A stretch of DNA of 63,858 nucleotides, the filler included, from Octopus bimaculoides (Eukaryota), in NCBI RefSeq assembly GCF_001194135.2. It is 7 parts of 7 records of this genome, joined end to end, with 100 filler letters (N's around TTAATTAATTAA, not from the genome) between each part and the next. Parts side by side here need not be neighbours in the genome. Positions count along the whole stretch, not along the records: positions 1 to 26,650 come from NC_068985.1; 6 more parts are not named here. One strand, written 5' to 3'. Within the stretch, counting starts at the first letter, position 1, and the number at the start of each line of letters is the position of its first letter. The position numbers and the translations under genes were made by a program. This document shows positions 1-10,730 of the stretch, piece by piece. The notes below the pieces were generated by a model that saw only the letters and a program-made list of their open reading frames with translations, was not told the DNA's origin and did not search any database.

Positions 1-475
1 GTGACATACACTCAGTGAAGAGAGAGCTATGGTCTCCAGCGACAATCCAATGTTCTCTGAAGTTTCGGTCCAAAGGAAAGACAGCCGAAACCACAAAATA
101 AAAGTTAGTGGTGAATTACAGGGGCCTTTTTTTTAGTTGTGTTGCTCTAGTAATAACTTCTGATGACGGGGAGCGGGGAATAAAATGGGGTCAATGATTT
201 ATTTTTAAGGCACTACAATCGCCCATGTAAAAGTGTGAAAGTACTGATAACAAAGAGATCGCTTGCTGTATTCGATGTTGTTTTAGTAACAAGTTGTCGG
301 CAACGGTTTAATATACGTGAGTTAAGAGCCGCGGCAAAGATCAATGGACAGATAAGTTCTTATGCCGTATGGTCCAGTGCGTGTGTTTGTTATTGGCATA
401 ATGCCCCTACCAAGGTACAACAGAATCTATTTCAAAAGAAGGTCTCACATCAAGAATCTTGTAATTCAAATAGTG

Positions 476-548
476 CCATGCAGTGGGACTGAACCCGAAA
501 CCATGTAGTTGGTAAGAAAGCTACTTACCATACAGCCACGCCTGCACC
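476..548 (-). mobile_element. SINE family A, 5' tRNA-like head fragment
   Basis: Reverse complement of the A head (GCAGGCGTGGCTGTATGGTAAG...GGTTTCGGGTTCAGTCCCACTGC) found in many other copies in the window. Confidence 0.75.
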
Positions 549-559
549 TATACATATAC

Positions 560-945
560 ACATAACTTTGACAGAGTTTCGGCCACTATAGGCCCAGGCC
601 ATGTCTGTATATATCGAATAACACCTTTTTACAAGACTATTCTATGCTTGGAATGACCAATTATAAGCAACACTGGAACCCACACACAAGGTACAGGAAA
701 CTTATATATACACCATTCTGCTCATATGATGGAACAGTGGATCCTTACGTATCTCGCTTCTATTTTCTTTCCTCCGCTTCACTCTGTATTTCATATCTTC
801 TCTATAATAACTATTGCTTAACCATTTTCTTGCACCGTCTCTGATGAAGGGATATATAAAATATCTCGGAAACAGCCGTAAGACCTCTTTATAAATGTTC
901 TGAAATCTTTCATAGCTTTGGATTTTTTAAAATCTCATTCTGTTA
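560..945 (+). mobile_element. Penelope-like element 3' end / pseudo-LTR remnant
   Basis: Degenerate ITPFYK motif resembles the IFPFYK tail of the PLE at 33.3 kb; contains an HHR core; 868-942 is homologous to 25245-25312. Confidence 0.45.
837..884 (+). ncRNA. Minimal type I hammerhead ribozyme-like motif
   Basis: GTCT-CTGATGA-A-[GGGATAT ataaa ATATCTC]-G-GAAA-C-agcc-GTA|AGAC: conserved core, 7-bp stem II, minimal stem III, 4-bp stem I. Confidence 0.55.
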
Positions 946-960
946 ATTTTATTTATATAT

Positions 961-1202
961 TGGCGCAGGAGTGGTTGTAAAATTGTAAATACTTAATCGA
1001 TACAGCTACTTCACCCCTTTTATGTTTGTCTGTCCTTGTTCGTCCCCTCTTTGTAATGCCTTTATGGCAAATATTTATGAAATAAAGTAGCTTGCTTATG
1101 AACCACATGGTTCTGGGTTCAGTCCCACTGCGTGGCACCTTGGGCAAGTGTCTTTGTGAGTGGATTTGGTAGACGGAAACTGAAAGAAGCCCATCGTATA
1201 TA

Positions 1203-1240
<38 letters not shown>

Positions 1241-1415
1241 TGTTTGTGTTTGTCCCCACCAACAGCGCTTGACAACCGATGCTGGTGTGTTTACGTCCTC
1301 GTAACTTAGCGTTTCAGCAAAAGAGACCAATAGAATAAGTCCTAGGCTTACAAAGGCACTGCTCCAGCATGGCCGCATCAAATGACTGGTAAAAGAGTAA
1401 AAGAGTATAAAAGAA
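961..1415 (+). mobile_element. SINE family A (tRNA-derived, CORE-like) with a family B tail at about 993-1085 inside its head
   Basis: B-box GGTTCAGTCCC, CCTTGGGCAAGTG core, internal (GT)n, 3' GCTCCAGCATGGCCGCA...GAGTAAAAGA tail. Confidence 0.85.
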
Positions 1416-1754
1416 TGTAAAAAGGTATGGGACTTGAGGGAGATTTGACTGTTATTTCTAGCAAAGAGTGGGAGACCTTATAACGAGGTCCCTTCCTTGA
1501 GATGTTTTTGTTGTTATTATTTTTGATGTTGATGAAGTTGTTATTGATGACATATTCATTGATGCTGTTCACGTTATTCTATCCGTTGTTCGTCATTATC
1601 TTTGTTGCTTTTTTTTTTATTTTGTTGTTCTTGTTCTTTTTGTTGTCGTCGACATATTCTTCAAAGTGAAGAAGCTGCCAGCTTTTTTAAGATGAAGTGA
1701 TACAGGTGTTTAGACCACTTTACAAAGTCTCCCGGAGCGAAATTGTCTGTCTGG

Positions 1755-1937
1755 GACATCTGTGTGTGTGTGTGTGTGTGTGTGTTTTGTATGTAAGTGT
1801 CTTTACTAAATATTGGGTGTATATATATATGTATGTTGTATACACATGTCGTTTACAAAAGGCAGTATGTATGTATATAGTTTTGCGTAGGTGTATATTA
1901 TGAGACTGTGTTATTAGTAAGTGTATTATACATTGTG

Positions 1938-1983
<46 letters not shown>

Positions 1984-2090
1984 ATATGGTTTGTGCGTAT
2001 ATGTCTGTTCGTAAAGGTGTGTATATATGTGTTAATGCGTAGGTGTATGTATTGTGAGAATGTGTCGTGTGCGTGTGTGTGTTGTGTTAA
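1755..2090. repeat. (GT)n/(AT)n microsatellite cluster
   Basis: Direct inspection. Confidence 0.9.
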
Positions 2091-2744
2091 CGAAGGAGAA
2101 ACGGTTTTATGAGAGCAAAAGGTCAGAGGGTAAAGGAAGAGGGCAGACGACACAAAAAAGTAACACACATATAGACATAGAGAAGGGGAGAGAAGGAAAG
2201 AGGACGAGAGGGGGGGAGGAGTAAAAGAGACAGGTTGTGTGGGGGGAGGAGAGCGGAGGATCCTTAANNNNNNNNNNNNNNNNNNNNNNNNNNNNNNNNN
2301 NNNNNNNNNNNNNNNNNNNNNNNNNNNNNNNNNNNNNNNNNNNNNNNNNNNNNNNNNNNNNNNNNNNNNNNNNNNNNNNNNNNNNNNNNNNNNNNNNNNN
2401 NNNNNNNNNNNNNNNNNNNNNNNNNNNNNNNNNNNNNNNNNNNNNNNNNNNNNNNNNNNNNNNNNNNNNNNNNNNNNNNNNNNNNNNNNNNNNNNNNNNN
2501 NNNNNNNNNNNNNNNNNNNNNNNNNNNNNNNNNGATGGTGGTGGTGGTGATGGAATAGATTAAAGAAAGACTGGCTTGTTGCTTAACCCCTCCCTTCAAC
2601 CAGTTCGACTTTGACTGGACAGACCGATGTATGATCCAAGACGATCCATCCGTGAGAATCTCGTCTTGCAGATACAGAGTATGTAGCACTTGTATTTCCA
2701 ATAATTCCCCACCATTTTTTCTTTCCTGGTTCTTCGTATAAACG

Positions 2745-2902
2745 CAGACGTGACTGTGTGGTAAAGGAGCTTGCTTCCCAACCACATGGTTCCGGGTTCA
2801 GTCCCACTGCATAGCACCTTAGGCAAGTACTTACTACTATATCCTCGGGCTAACCAAAGCCTTGTGAGTTGATTTGGTAGGCGGAAACTGAAAGAAGCCC
2901 GT
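2745..2902 (+). mobile_element. SINE family A, 5' half
   Basis: A/B boxes and core, ending at GGAAACTGAAAGAAGCCCG. Confidence 0.8.
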
Positions 2903-3082
2903 TTGTTGTCGCTTTATGGCTGGCAGTTGGTCTATGACTCAGTTCATAGCCGTTGATCTTCCAGCGTATCCTTGAATGATTTGGCAAGCCCGAAAAAAAA
3001 AATTGATATATAAAGTTCATGTGAAGATTACACAGCAGCAAACTTCACGTGACAATGGACACACGGATTAAAAAAAAAAAAA

Positions 3083-3180
3083 AGACACTTGCCCAAGGTG
3101 CCGTGCTCGCAACGGGAACCGATCCATAGAACATGCGGTTAGAAACAAAGTTCGCTACGGCGGGACCGCGTTGCGCCTGC
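3083..3180 (-). mobile_element. SINE family A head, degenerate
   Basis: AGACACTTGCCCAAGGTGCC, the reverse complement of the core. Confidence 0.6.
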
Positions 3181-3623
3181 GACCAAAGTAGTAGTAGTAG
3201 TAGTAGTGGTGGTAGTACTAGTAGTGGTAGTGGTAGTGGTAGTTGTAGTAGTAGTAGTAGAAGTAGTGTTGATGGTGGTGGTAATGAATTAAGATCGTTA
3301 AAAGAACCAGTTTAGTTTCTTTTTGCTTGTTTTGTTTTTGTTGGGGTTTTTCTCGGCCCCTCTTTTCCCCCATCCATTCCCACCAACCTCTTCGTTACCC
3401 TACAACGACAACATTTGGCAATTATAACACACACGCGCGCGTGCGCAACGGCGTCCCACTCCCCCACTCCGCAAAAAAGTGATGGTTGGGACTTTAAAAA
3501 AACACACCTGTTATTATCTTATAGATTAAAACATGGAACGGCAGACGTGACAGAGCGCCGTACTACATGTTTCACCAGATTCCATACCCTACCCCTCCCT
3601 TACCTCTTTGCTTGTTTTAAGAT

Positions 3624-3830
3624 CAGTGGTTCACAATCGGGATCCATTATTACCCCTGGTGGTGGTGGTGGGGGGTCCTCCACGCAAGCAAAACAGTAAA
3701 TCTGGGATCTAAAGTAGCATTTTATGTGTCCATGAAGACACTTTTCTTTAGATCAGAGGTGGGGAAAATTTTTGGTGCTGCGGACAAAAATTTCCAAAGA
3801 AAAAAGTCCACGGGCGGACCACAAGATTTA
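3624..3830 (+). mobile_element. Two hAT-like left-end fragments (starting about 3624 and 3754)
   Basis: CAGTGGTTCACAA and CAGAGGTGGGGAAA resemble Charlie/Buster-type termini, both preceded by (A/T)AGAT; no matching right ends found. Confidence 0.35.
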
Positions 3831-3984
3831 ACTCTTATATCCGTGCAAATCTTGTATCTACCTATAATTCGATATACATTAATAATTATGTATATCTATA
3901 ATTCGATATACATTAAATTAAAGTGTAACATCTTCATTAACGCCACCACTGAATTTAGGACGTTTATATTACTAATGAGTCGGT

Positions 3985-4085
3985 TTCCGAACCCCAAATC
4001 CACTCACAAAGCTTTGGTCAGCCCGAGACTATAATGGAAGACACTTGCCCAAAGTGCCGCGCAATGGAACTGAACCCAGAATATG
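3985..4085 (-). mobile_element. SINE family A fragment
   Basis: Reverse complement of head and core. Confidence 0.7.
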
Positions 4086-5869
4086 TAGGGAACCCCAAAC
4101 CCACATCCAACGTGCTCCTCCGCTTTTTTTTTTTTTTTTTTTCACTATTATTTCATTTGTTCGACTAACCGTACAAGACAATGCTCCAGCATCGCCGCAG
4201 TCCAATGATTGAAACAGGGCGTTGTATTAATTGGAATCCGTAAAGTACTGAAATACTTAATCACATCTCCCTTTCAGTTCTGGGTTCATTTTAGGGGTCC
4301 AGAAAATAGAATATCGTACATTGTGATAATCAGAATAAAAAACTTCAATTTATTGAGATTCCCTATACAGTTACTAAATAAAATCTCCCTCTATGGAGTA
4401 CGTTTAAAAGGGCTGCGAACCCTGCTAACTAATCCACCAATCCTCCTTGATCCCAAGGAATTGCCAACTATCAAAGTGAATGGGATAAGCTCGAACCAAC
4501 GCTTTATGTCCTATCTAGTCACAAAGTGCACGTCCATTTCAATGTGCACCAGCATGACCACAGTCAAATGACTGAAACAAGTAAAAGGTAAAAGATATTA
4601 AGAGAGAGGAGCAGACAGAGAAAAAGGGTGAGAGAGAGAAAGGGAGAGAGAATTAGAGGGAAGAGAGGGGCAAACAGACAGAATGGAAATTCATATTTTT
4701 TCTTTTAATCTTGAAATTTGTTATTTCTTTTGATAGAAGAAATTTCTAATTTTGAAAAGTGGTAGCTTTAATGTCTCTAACGACCATGTTGAAATGAATA
4801 CAAGTGCCTGAGTACGGAGAATCGTGTATAGAGCGAGTTGTGAACCAAACCGGAAGTTATGCTCCAGACAGACAGACATTTTATTTAACAATCATCATTA
4901 TTATAAAGATAAATATTTTCATAAAGATTTACATATCAACGAGAACAAAAACCGACCAACACAAGATAGCTCGCCATTTTGTTGTACCTATATAGATATT
5001 AAGTGAACTCTTACGCAGAACATTCATTCATATATACCTAACGTAGTCATCGAGTGTGTAGTACATTGTGGACTCGCTATAAACAAACGGCTTTAACACA
5101 ATGTGTACTTGAGAGCTATCAACAAACATCTTTAGAACATATTTATGAAAGAATCAAATACCCAATGTCTGATCTTATACAACATGGAATAAACTCGTTT
5201 GTTTCTTATTTCAAACTCAAAGCTACGGAGATATGTAAAAGACACTTTCAGACTTAGAGCTTTCATTTTAGCAGACGAGAGCTTTCATGTCAGAAGTTCA
5301 AATAATCGTCCATACACTGGCCTTGCTTTCAACTTTCGGGTGCGGCCCTTTATGCTTATTGTGCATAGCAATGTTGTGGTGTGTTTAGGACATCAATAGT
5401 GTACTTAGAGGCTCCGAACTAGAAATACGGGTCTTTACATGTAGTAGTACACATCTTCATTTCAAGAGATTGGGATATTTTGATTACACATATACAATGG
5501 ATGGGAGGTGAAGGGGATGGACTATAGACTGCAAAGACAAGAGTTCAAATCCTACTACAACCACTATGACTATAATCTCTAACCAAAGCGCCTTATTGTG
5601 CAAGGTCTCTACGTTTTCTTTTTTTTAATGATTTACCCCAGTAGTTTATTCTGGAAGCACACTGAAGTTTGACTTAAAACGTCTCCCATAGTCTTTCTTC
5701 ATTGAAAATTTGGAAAAAAATTTTTAAATTGATGATGTATAAATTCATTTTCAATACGTTGTTTTGACACGTGAACTTGTTAAACGTTGCTGTTCTAAAA
5801 TTAAACATTTATGTACAACGTCAAATTTCCTTCATATATAAGCAACACAATATATATATATAAATAATA

Positions 5870-6066
5870 TATGAGTATATGCATATATATGTACATGTAT
5901 GTACATACCTTCATCTACATGTATATATAGATGCATATCTGGGTACATGACGTTGCAAAAAAAAAACATGGACAAAATGATAAACAAGGTACAGAAAACA
6001 CACAGGCCACATAGAGAACATTTCCTTCATCAGTTGCCACCATTATAACACTGGCGTTTCGAAGAG

Positions 6067-6068
<2 letters not shown>
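5870..6068 (-). mobile_element. Dispersed repeat embedded in (TA)n, probable PLE terminal fragment
   Basis: Homologous to 26770-26880 and shares the GGGTACA(G/T)GAC box with 62950-63160; the minus strand carries GAAACG and CTGATGAAG half-motifs. Confidence 0.45.
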
Positions 6069-6140
<72 letters not shown>

Positions 6141-6649
6141 TCGTCACACACTGTACAAACACACGTCTTAATCTTAGTCTAAATGAGGCGCAACTCTGAT
6201 ATGGTCAACCACACATGTAGCGTAAAACGGAAGTTCAGAGCAACATGTTCAGTGGATCAAGAATTCCCTGGCATTCCTAAAACACGTCTTCCATTCCTCT
6301 TTCATCCACGACATTTTTTTAGTGCAACCATTGCCTTATAGCAATTGATTGCGGTAGATTTTAGCTGATCTATCTCTGCTCCGTTTACAATACGAAGGTT
6401 GTCATAGAAGAATTTCAGACATTAACTTCTTGTCACGCCAGAAGTGACCAATAAATCTCAGCCTATGCTTTCATATTGTCTCTATGATATAGAAGATGTC
6501 TTAGCAAAGCTCTCTATTAGTCATGCTTTGACACCTGAGATATTTAGAACAGCACGGAGCATTTAGAACAGTAAAAACAACAGAATAGTTTTACTGCTGT
6601 CTTACTGTTGTACATGCGCGTGCGCAGAGGTAAGTAAAGTCAACTCAGG

Positions 6650-6846
6650 TAGCAAATACGAGTTGTACCTATATTTCAAAGAGCCAACCTTATTACAATC
6701 TGTGCCACACTGTATCTCCCCGAGAACTACGTTAAGGGCAGGCGTTTTTGTGTAGGTTTCAGCCATTTGCATGTTAATTTTACGAGCAGGTTGTTCCGTA
6801 GATCGAATTAGCTAGAACACTCGTCGTCGTTACCGACGGAGTGCTA
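6650..6846 (+). mobile_element. SINE family C, 3' part
   Basis: Aligns by eye with 15400-15589 (GTACCTGTATTTCAAAG...CGTAACCGACGGAGTGC). Confidence 0.65.
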
Positions 6847-6865
6847 TTTTGTCTTTTAATGTTCC

Positions 6866-7142
6866 ACTGCGTGGCACCTTGGGCAAGTGCCTTCTCCTAT
6901 AGCCTAGGGCCGACCAAAGCCTTGTGAGTAGATATGGTAGACGGAAACTGAAAGAAACCCGCCGTATATGTGTGTGTGTGTGTGTTTGTCCAGCAATCGC
7001 TTGATAGCCGATGCTGGTGAGTTTACGTCCCCGTAACTTAGCGGTTCGGCAGAAGAGGCCGATAGAATAAGTACGAGTCTTACAAAGAGTAAATCTTGGG
7101 GGTCGATTTGTTCGACTAAAATGGCGGTGCTCCAGAATGGCA
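6866..7142 (+). mobile_element. SINE family A, 5'-truncated
   Basis: Core, body and tail match family A. Confidence 0.85.
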
Positions 7143-7172
7143 GCAGAGAAAGTATGTATGTAAAGTAATAAC

Positions 7173-7250
7173 GCTTACCTTGGAAGACGCAGGAGCGAAT
7201 TAATATAATAGACACTTACCTGTAAATTAAACAAAAATGGAAAGAAAGGT
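7173..7250 (-). promoter_or_regulatory. Candidate recursive splice site with a 41-nt RS-exon
   Basis: Minus strand: CTTTCTTTCCATTTTTGTTTAATTTACAG|GTAAGT, then a second donor CCAAG|GTAAGC 41 nt downstream. Confidence 0.45.
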
Positions 7251-7411
7251 GAAATACGCATTGGGAATGGTAACATTGTAAATACAGAGAAATTACGAAA
7301 TGAGTAAAAAACAAAAAAATCATTTAGCACATGATCGGACTGTATTTTTAAGGGTGTGTCCCAGCATGGCCGTAGTCCAATGACTGAAACAGGTAAATGA
7401 TGAAATATGCA

Positions 7412-7795
7412 TAGGTGCAGGTATAGCCGTGTAGTTAAGAAGGTCGCTTTGCAAACATGTGGTTTTTGGATTCAGCCCCACTGTGTGACACCGTGGGGCA
7501 GGTGTCTTTAATTTTAACCCTGGGCAGACCAAAGCTTCGTGAGTGAATTTGGAAGACGGAAACTGTGTGGAAGGAAGCTCGTCGTATGTGTATATATGTC
7601 TTTGTATCACACTCCTAGTGGTGTTGGTTTGTTTATATTCTCGTAACTTACCAGTTCGGCAAAGAAATCGATAGAATAGCAAGACTTTCAAAAAAATAAG
7701 TACAGAGTCGATTTGTTCGACTAATGCCTTTAAAGGTGACGCTCCAGCATGGCCGCAGACCGATGACTGAAACAAGTAAAAGATAAAACGATAAG
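7412..7795 (+). mobile_element. SINE family A, full length
   Basis: Head, core, body and tail present. Confidence 0.85.
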
Positions 7796-7799
7796 GATA

Positions 7800-7915
7800 A
7801 CTCAATCGACCCCAAGACTTATTCTTTGTAAGCCTAGTTCTTATTCTATCGGTCTCTTCTGCCGAACCGCTAGGTTACGGAGACATAAACGCACCAACAT
7901 CGACTGTCAAGCGAT
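7800..7915 (-). mobile_element. SINE family A internal fragment, inverted relative to its neighbour
   Basis: Reverse complement of CGCTTGACAGTCGATGTTGGTG...GAATAAGTCTTGGGGTCGATT. Confidence 0.8.
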
Positions 7916-8353
7916 GGTTGGGGGACAAACACACATGTATATTGATCTTGATAAGGAAAAGTTGACAGTAACTTCTAAATTTCAGCTTGCTCTTCATTAT
8001 CAGACTGTCTAATGATAGGGAACAAGCCAAAAGTTCGAAGTCACTTTCATTAACCATTTCCTTGCAAAATTTTATACGCATACTTTAGAGCGGACACACA
8101 CACAGACGTCTGGAGCGAAGTATGGTTGAACTTGGTATCTTGGGGAAAGAATGCAAATCCTTAATTGTTAAACTGAAAATTCATCACGATATCTGGAACT
8201 ATAAAAATCTGCAAGACCTTCTGAAAATTTGAAGAAGGACGGTTAAAGCATGATATTTTCCCTCACAGCCTTGCTACCAAGTCGGTGGTCGGGCAAAATC
8301 TGTTCTAAAATTGAAAAAAGAAAACGTACACACATACATATGTTATATACATT

Positions 8354-8830
8354 ACATACATACATACATGGTGGTTGTCTACTCCTTAAACAGAGTTTGA
8401 CCACCTCCTGCACCTACACCTTAGCCCTTTCATGGCGTCTGATGTGGCTTTTTAAACCAGACAGTGTTTTGAAAAAAACACCCACACAGATTGCACCTCT
8501 GATTTGCACTACCAATACCTGCAAGTAAGTTCTGCTCATTGTGGATCCTAACATGTCTTTTAAGACCCCCATTGGATTTGCAAACCCTCTGGCACACACC
8601 ACATTCAAACGTGTGCACATACATACATACATACATACATACATACATACATACATACATACATACATACACGCGCACGAGGACCGGAACTTGCACAAGC
8701 TCTGCACAGCTGCTCGTCTTGTCAACACAAAAGCACGAGTGTGCACCACATTACGTTTCTGTTCATCGATCAGAGACAGTGGGAGAACAGCTGCTGCGCA
8801 CGGAATATTGTAGACTGCATCCAAACAAAG
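8354..8830 (-). mobile_element. RTE-like LINE 3' end with two C2H2-type zinc fingers and a (TATG)n tail
   Basis: FECGVCQRVCKSNGGLKRHVRIH and CNLCGCFFKTLSGLKSHIRRH (with a frameshift), stop, about 45-nt UTR, then (TATG)n; ORF interrupted by (TACA)n at 8617-8670. Confidence 0.7.
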
Positions 8831-9163
8831 ACTAGCAGACGAGACCTTCACTCACAAAGAAACAACGAGAAAAAAAACGTAACGGTATATTAGTGGCTGG
8901 CTTGTGAACCGATTAGAAATGGTAGACAAATCTCCTTCGAAATTCAATCTATTGTCTTGGAAAAGATCGAAAAAGAACTGGATAAAGCGGTCTTGGGTGT
9001 AACTGTGTTGAGAAAAATAGCCGAAATGGCCGTCTGCGTAAGTCTATTTGCTAATGGCTGATTGACTGTTAAACGATAGTCACAGCTTCCAACTAGATAA
9101 CAGACAAACAATTTCTTTTGTCTCTTATACTGCGACAACAACGACCCTCACGATCCTCTATCT

Positions 9164-9686
9164 CAGGGGACATCAAACTTTTTTTCACGGCGGGCCAGAT
9201 AACTGAGAGAATGACGAGCGCGGGCCGCATAACCATTTTGTTCAATACAATACAGTAAATACAAAATAAAGACAACCAACATATTCATTTACCAAAAAAT
9301 TATCAAAGAAGGCGACGTTTAGCAATAAGATAGTTATATCATACCCAGAACGCACATAATCCGAATCTCATAAATTAAATAGCAAAAAAGGTTAATGAGA
9401 TTTGTGAAACTTGTGTTTAGCTTTTAAGACATCATCAATATTTGCTTTGGAATTACTACATCCAACCAAGAGTATTACTTTCAAATGTTTATTAGTCAAC
9501 CTCATTCGCTGTGCTGACTTCACATTCTTCGTTTTTGAAAATGTTTGCTCACAGACATAAGTTGTTCCAAACACTGATGCCATACGAGAGGCAAATGAAC
9601 TCTCATTGAAGGTACTTACACAAAAGGTACAGAGCGGCGGCAGGTCGGATGAACTGACCTCGCGGGCCGTAGTTTGGTGATCCCTG
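9164..9686 (-). mobile_element. Internally deleted hAT (Buster/Charlie-like) transposon
   Basis: Termini CAGGGGACATCAAACT and AGTTTGGTGATCCCTG; perfect 8-bp TSD CTCTATCT (9156-9163, 9687-9694); C-terminal dimerisation-domain remnant SVFGTTYVCEQTFS...RLTNKHL. Confidence 0.9.
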
Positions 9687-9854
9687 CTCTATCTGGTTTC
9701 TCGACCTCGTGAAGTTAGCAACCGAAAACCTTGCTTAAATCTCACAATTAAATTTTTTTTGTTTTTGAATTACAGAGCGGGATGCGTTAGATAATGAATG
9801 TACTTCTAGACAGAGCTAAAAAACATAAGACTCGTAACAAATCTTTCACAGATA

Positions 9855-10240
9855 GGCGCACGCGTGGCTGTGTGGTACGAAGCTTGGTCCGGGTTCAGTC
9901 CCACAGCGTGGCACCTTGGGCACATGTGTTGTTCTATAGCCTCGGGCCGACCGAAGCCTTGAGAGTGGATTTGGTAGACAGAAACTGAATGAAAACCCTT
10001 GCATATATGAATGTATGTGTATGTGTGTCTCCGTCCGTCCGTCTTATCAACGCTTGTCAACCGGTGTTGGTATATTTACGTTATCGAAACTTAACGAGCC
10101 AGCAAAAGAGACCGATAAAGTAAGTATCAGGTTAAAAAAAAAAATTAATACTGGGGTTGACTCGTTCGACAAAATTTTTCAAGGCAGTGCTCCAGCATGA
10201 CCGCAGTCTAATGACTGGAACCAAGTAACGGATAAAAGAT
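9855..10240 (+). mobile_element. SINE family A, full length
   Basis: Head, core, body and tail present. Confidence 0.85.
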
Positions 10241-10299
10241 GCTGCTCTAGGATCAGGTTGAGGTCACACTAGGGAACACGTTCGTAGGTGAGCATATAA

Positions 10300-10480
10300 A
10301 GACGAAATAGATTACAAGATCTCTTCCACAGATGCTATCTTGGGACCATAATGAAAATTTCTTGTCGCGATCACGTGATGTGATAGAAAAGGCCGGGCTG
10401 AGTAAGTTACAGTTTCGCATCACAGTGCGACAGTGAAGATGTTCAGCCACGTACTACGCATGCCCACGAAAAGACCAGAG
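10300..10480 (+). mobile_element. Degraded RTE LINE ORF fragment
   Basis: Frameshifted SCRDHV..IEKAGLSKL..ITVRQ.KMFSHVLRMP resembles the post-RT region of RTE elements. Confidence 0.5.
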
Positions 10481-10484
10481 AGAG

Positions 10485-10730
10485 ATGGAAACGGTGTGGA
10501 AGTCTGTCATATAATGTGTGTGTGTGTGTGTCTGGGTTTCTCCCTCGCCGTTTCACAACTGGTGTTGGTTCGTTTATATCTCGGTAACGTATCGGTACGG
10601 CAAAAAAAAAAAAAAAAATGATAGAATAAGTATCTGATTTTTAAAAAGTTAAGTAAATCGTTCAACTAAACCCATCAAGGTGGTGCTCCAACATGGTCGC
10701 AGTCCGATAAATGAAACAAGTAAAAGACAA
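10485..10730 (+). mobile_element. SINE family A, 3' half, diverged
   Basis: Body and tail similarity. Confidence 0.65.

Noticed and set aside
4209-4571. 120-aa plus-strand ORF between two SINE tails
   Set aside because: Non-ATG start, no recognisable domain, and the stop lies in a SINE tail; probably chance.
7940-8260. Protein-like short frames (MVELGILGKECKSLIVKLKIHHDIWNYKNLQDLLKI)
   Set aside because: Multiple stops and no identifiable family; at most a decayed TE.
8430-8696. Host C2H2 zinc-finger gene
   Set aside because: Frameshifted, no TGEKP-type linkers, and ends in a short UTR plus microsatellite tail typical of a LINE 3' end.
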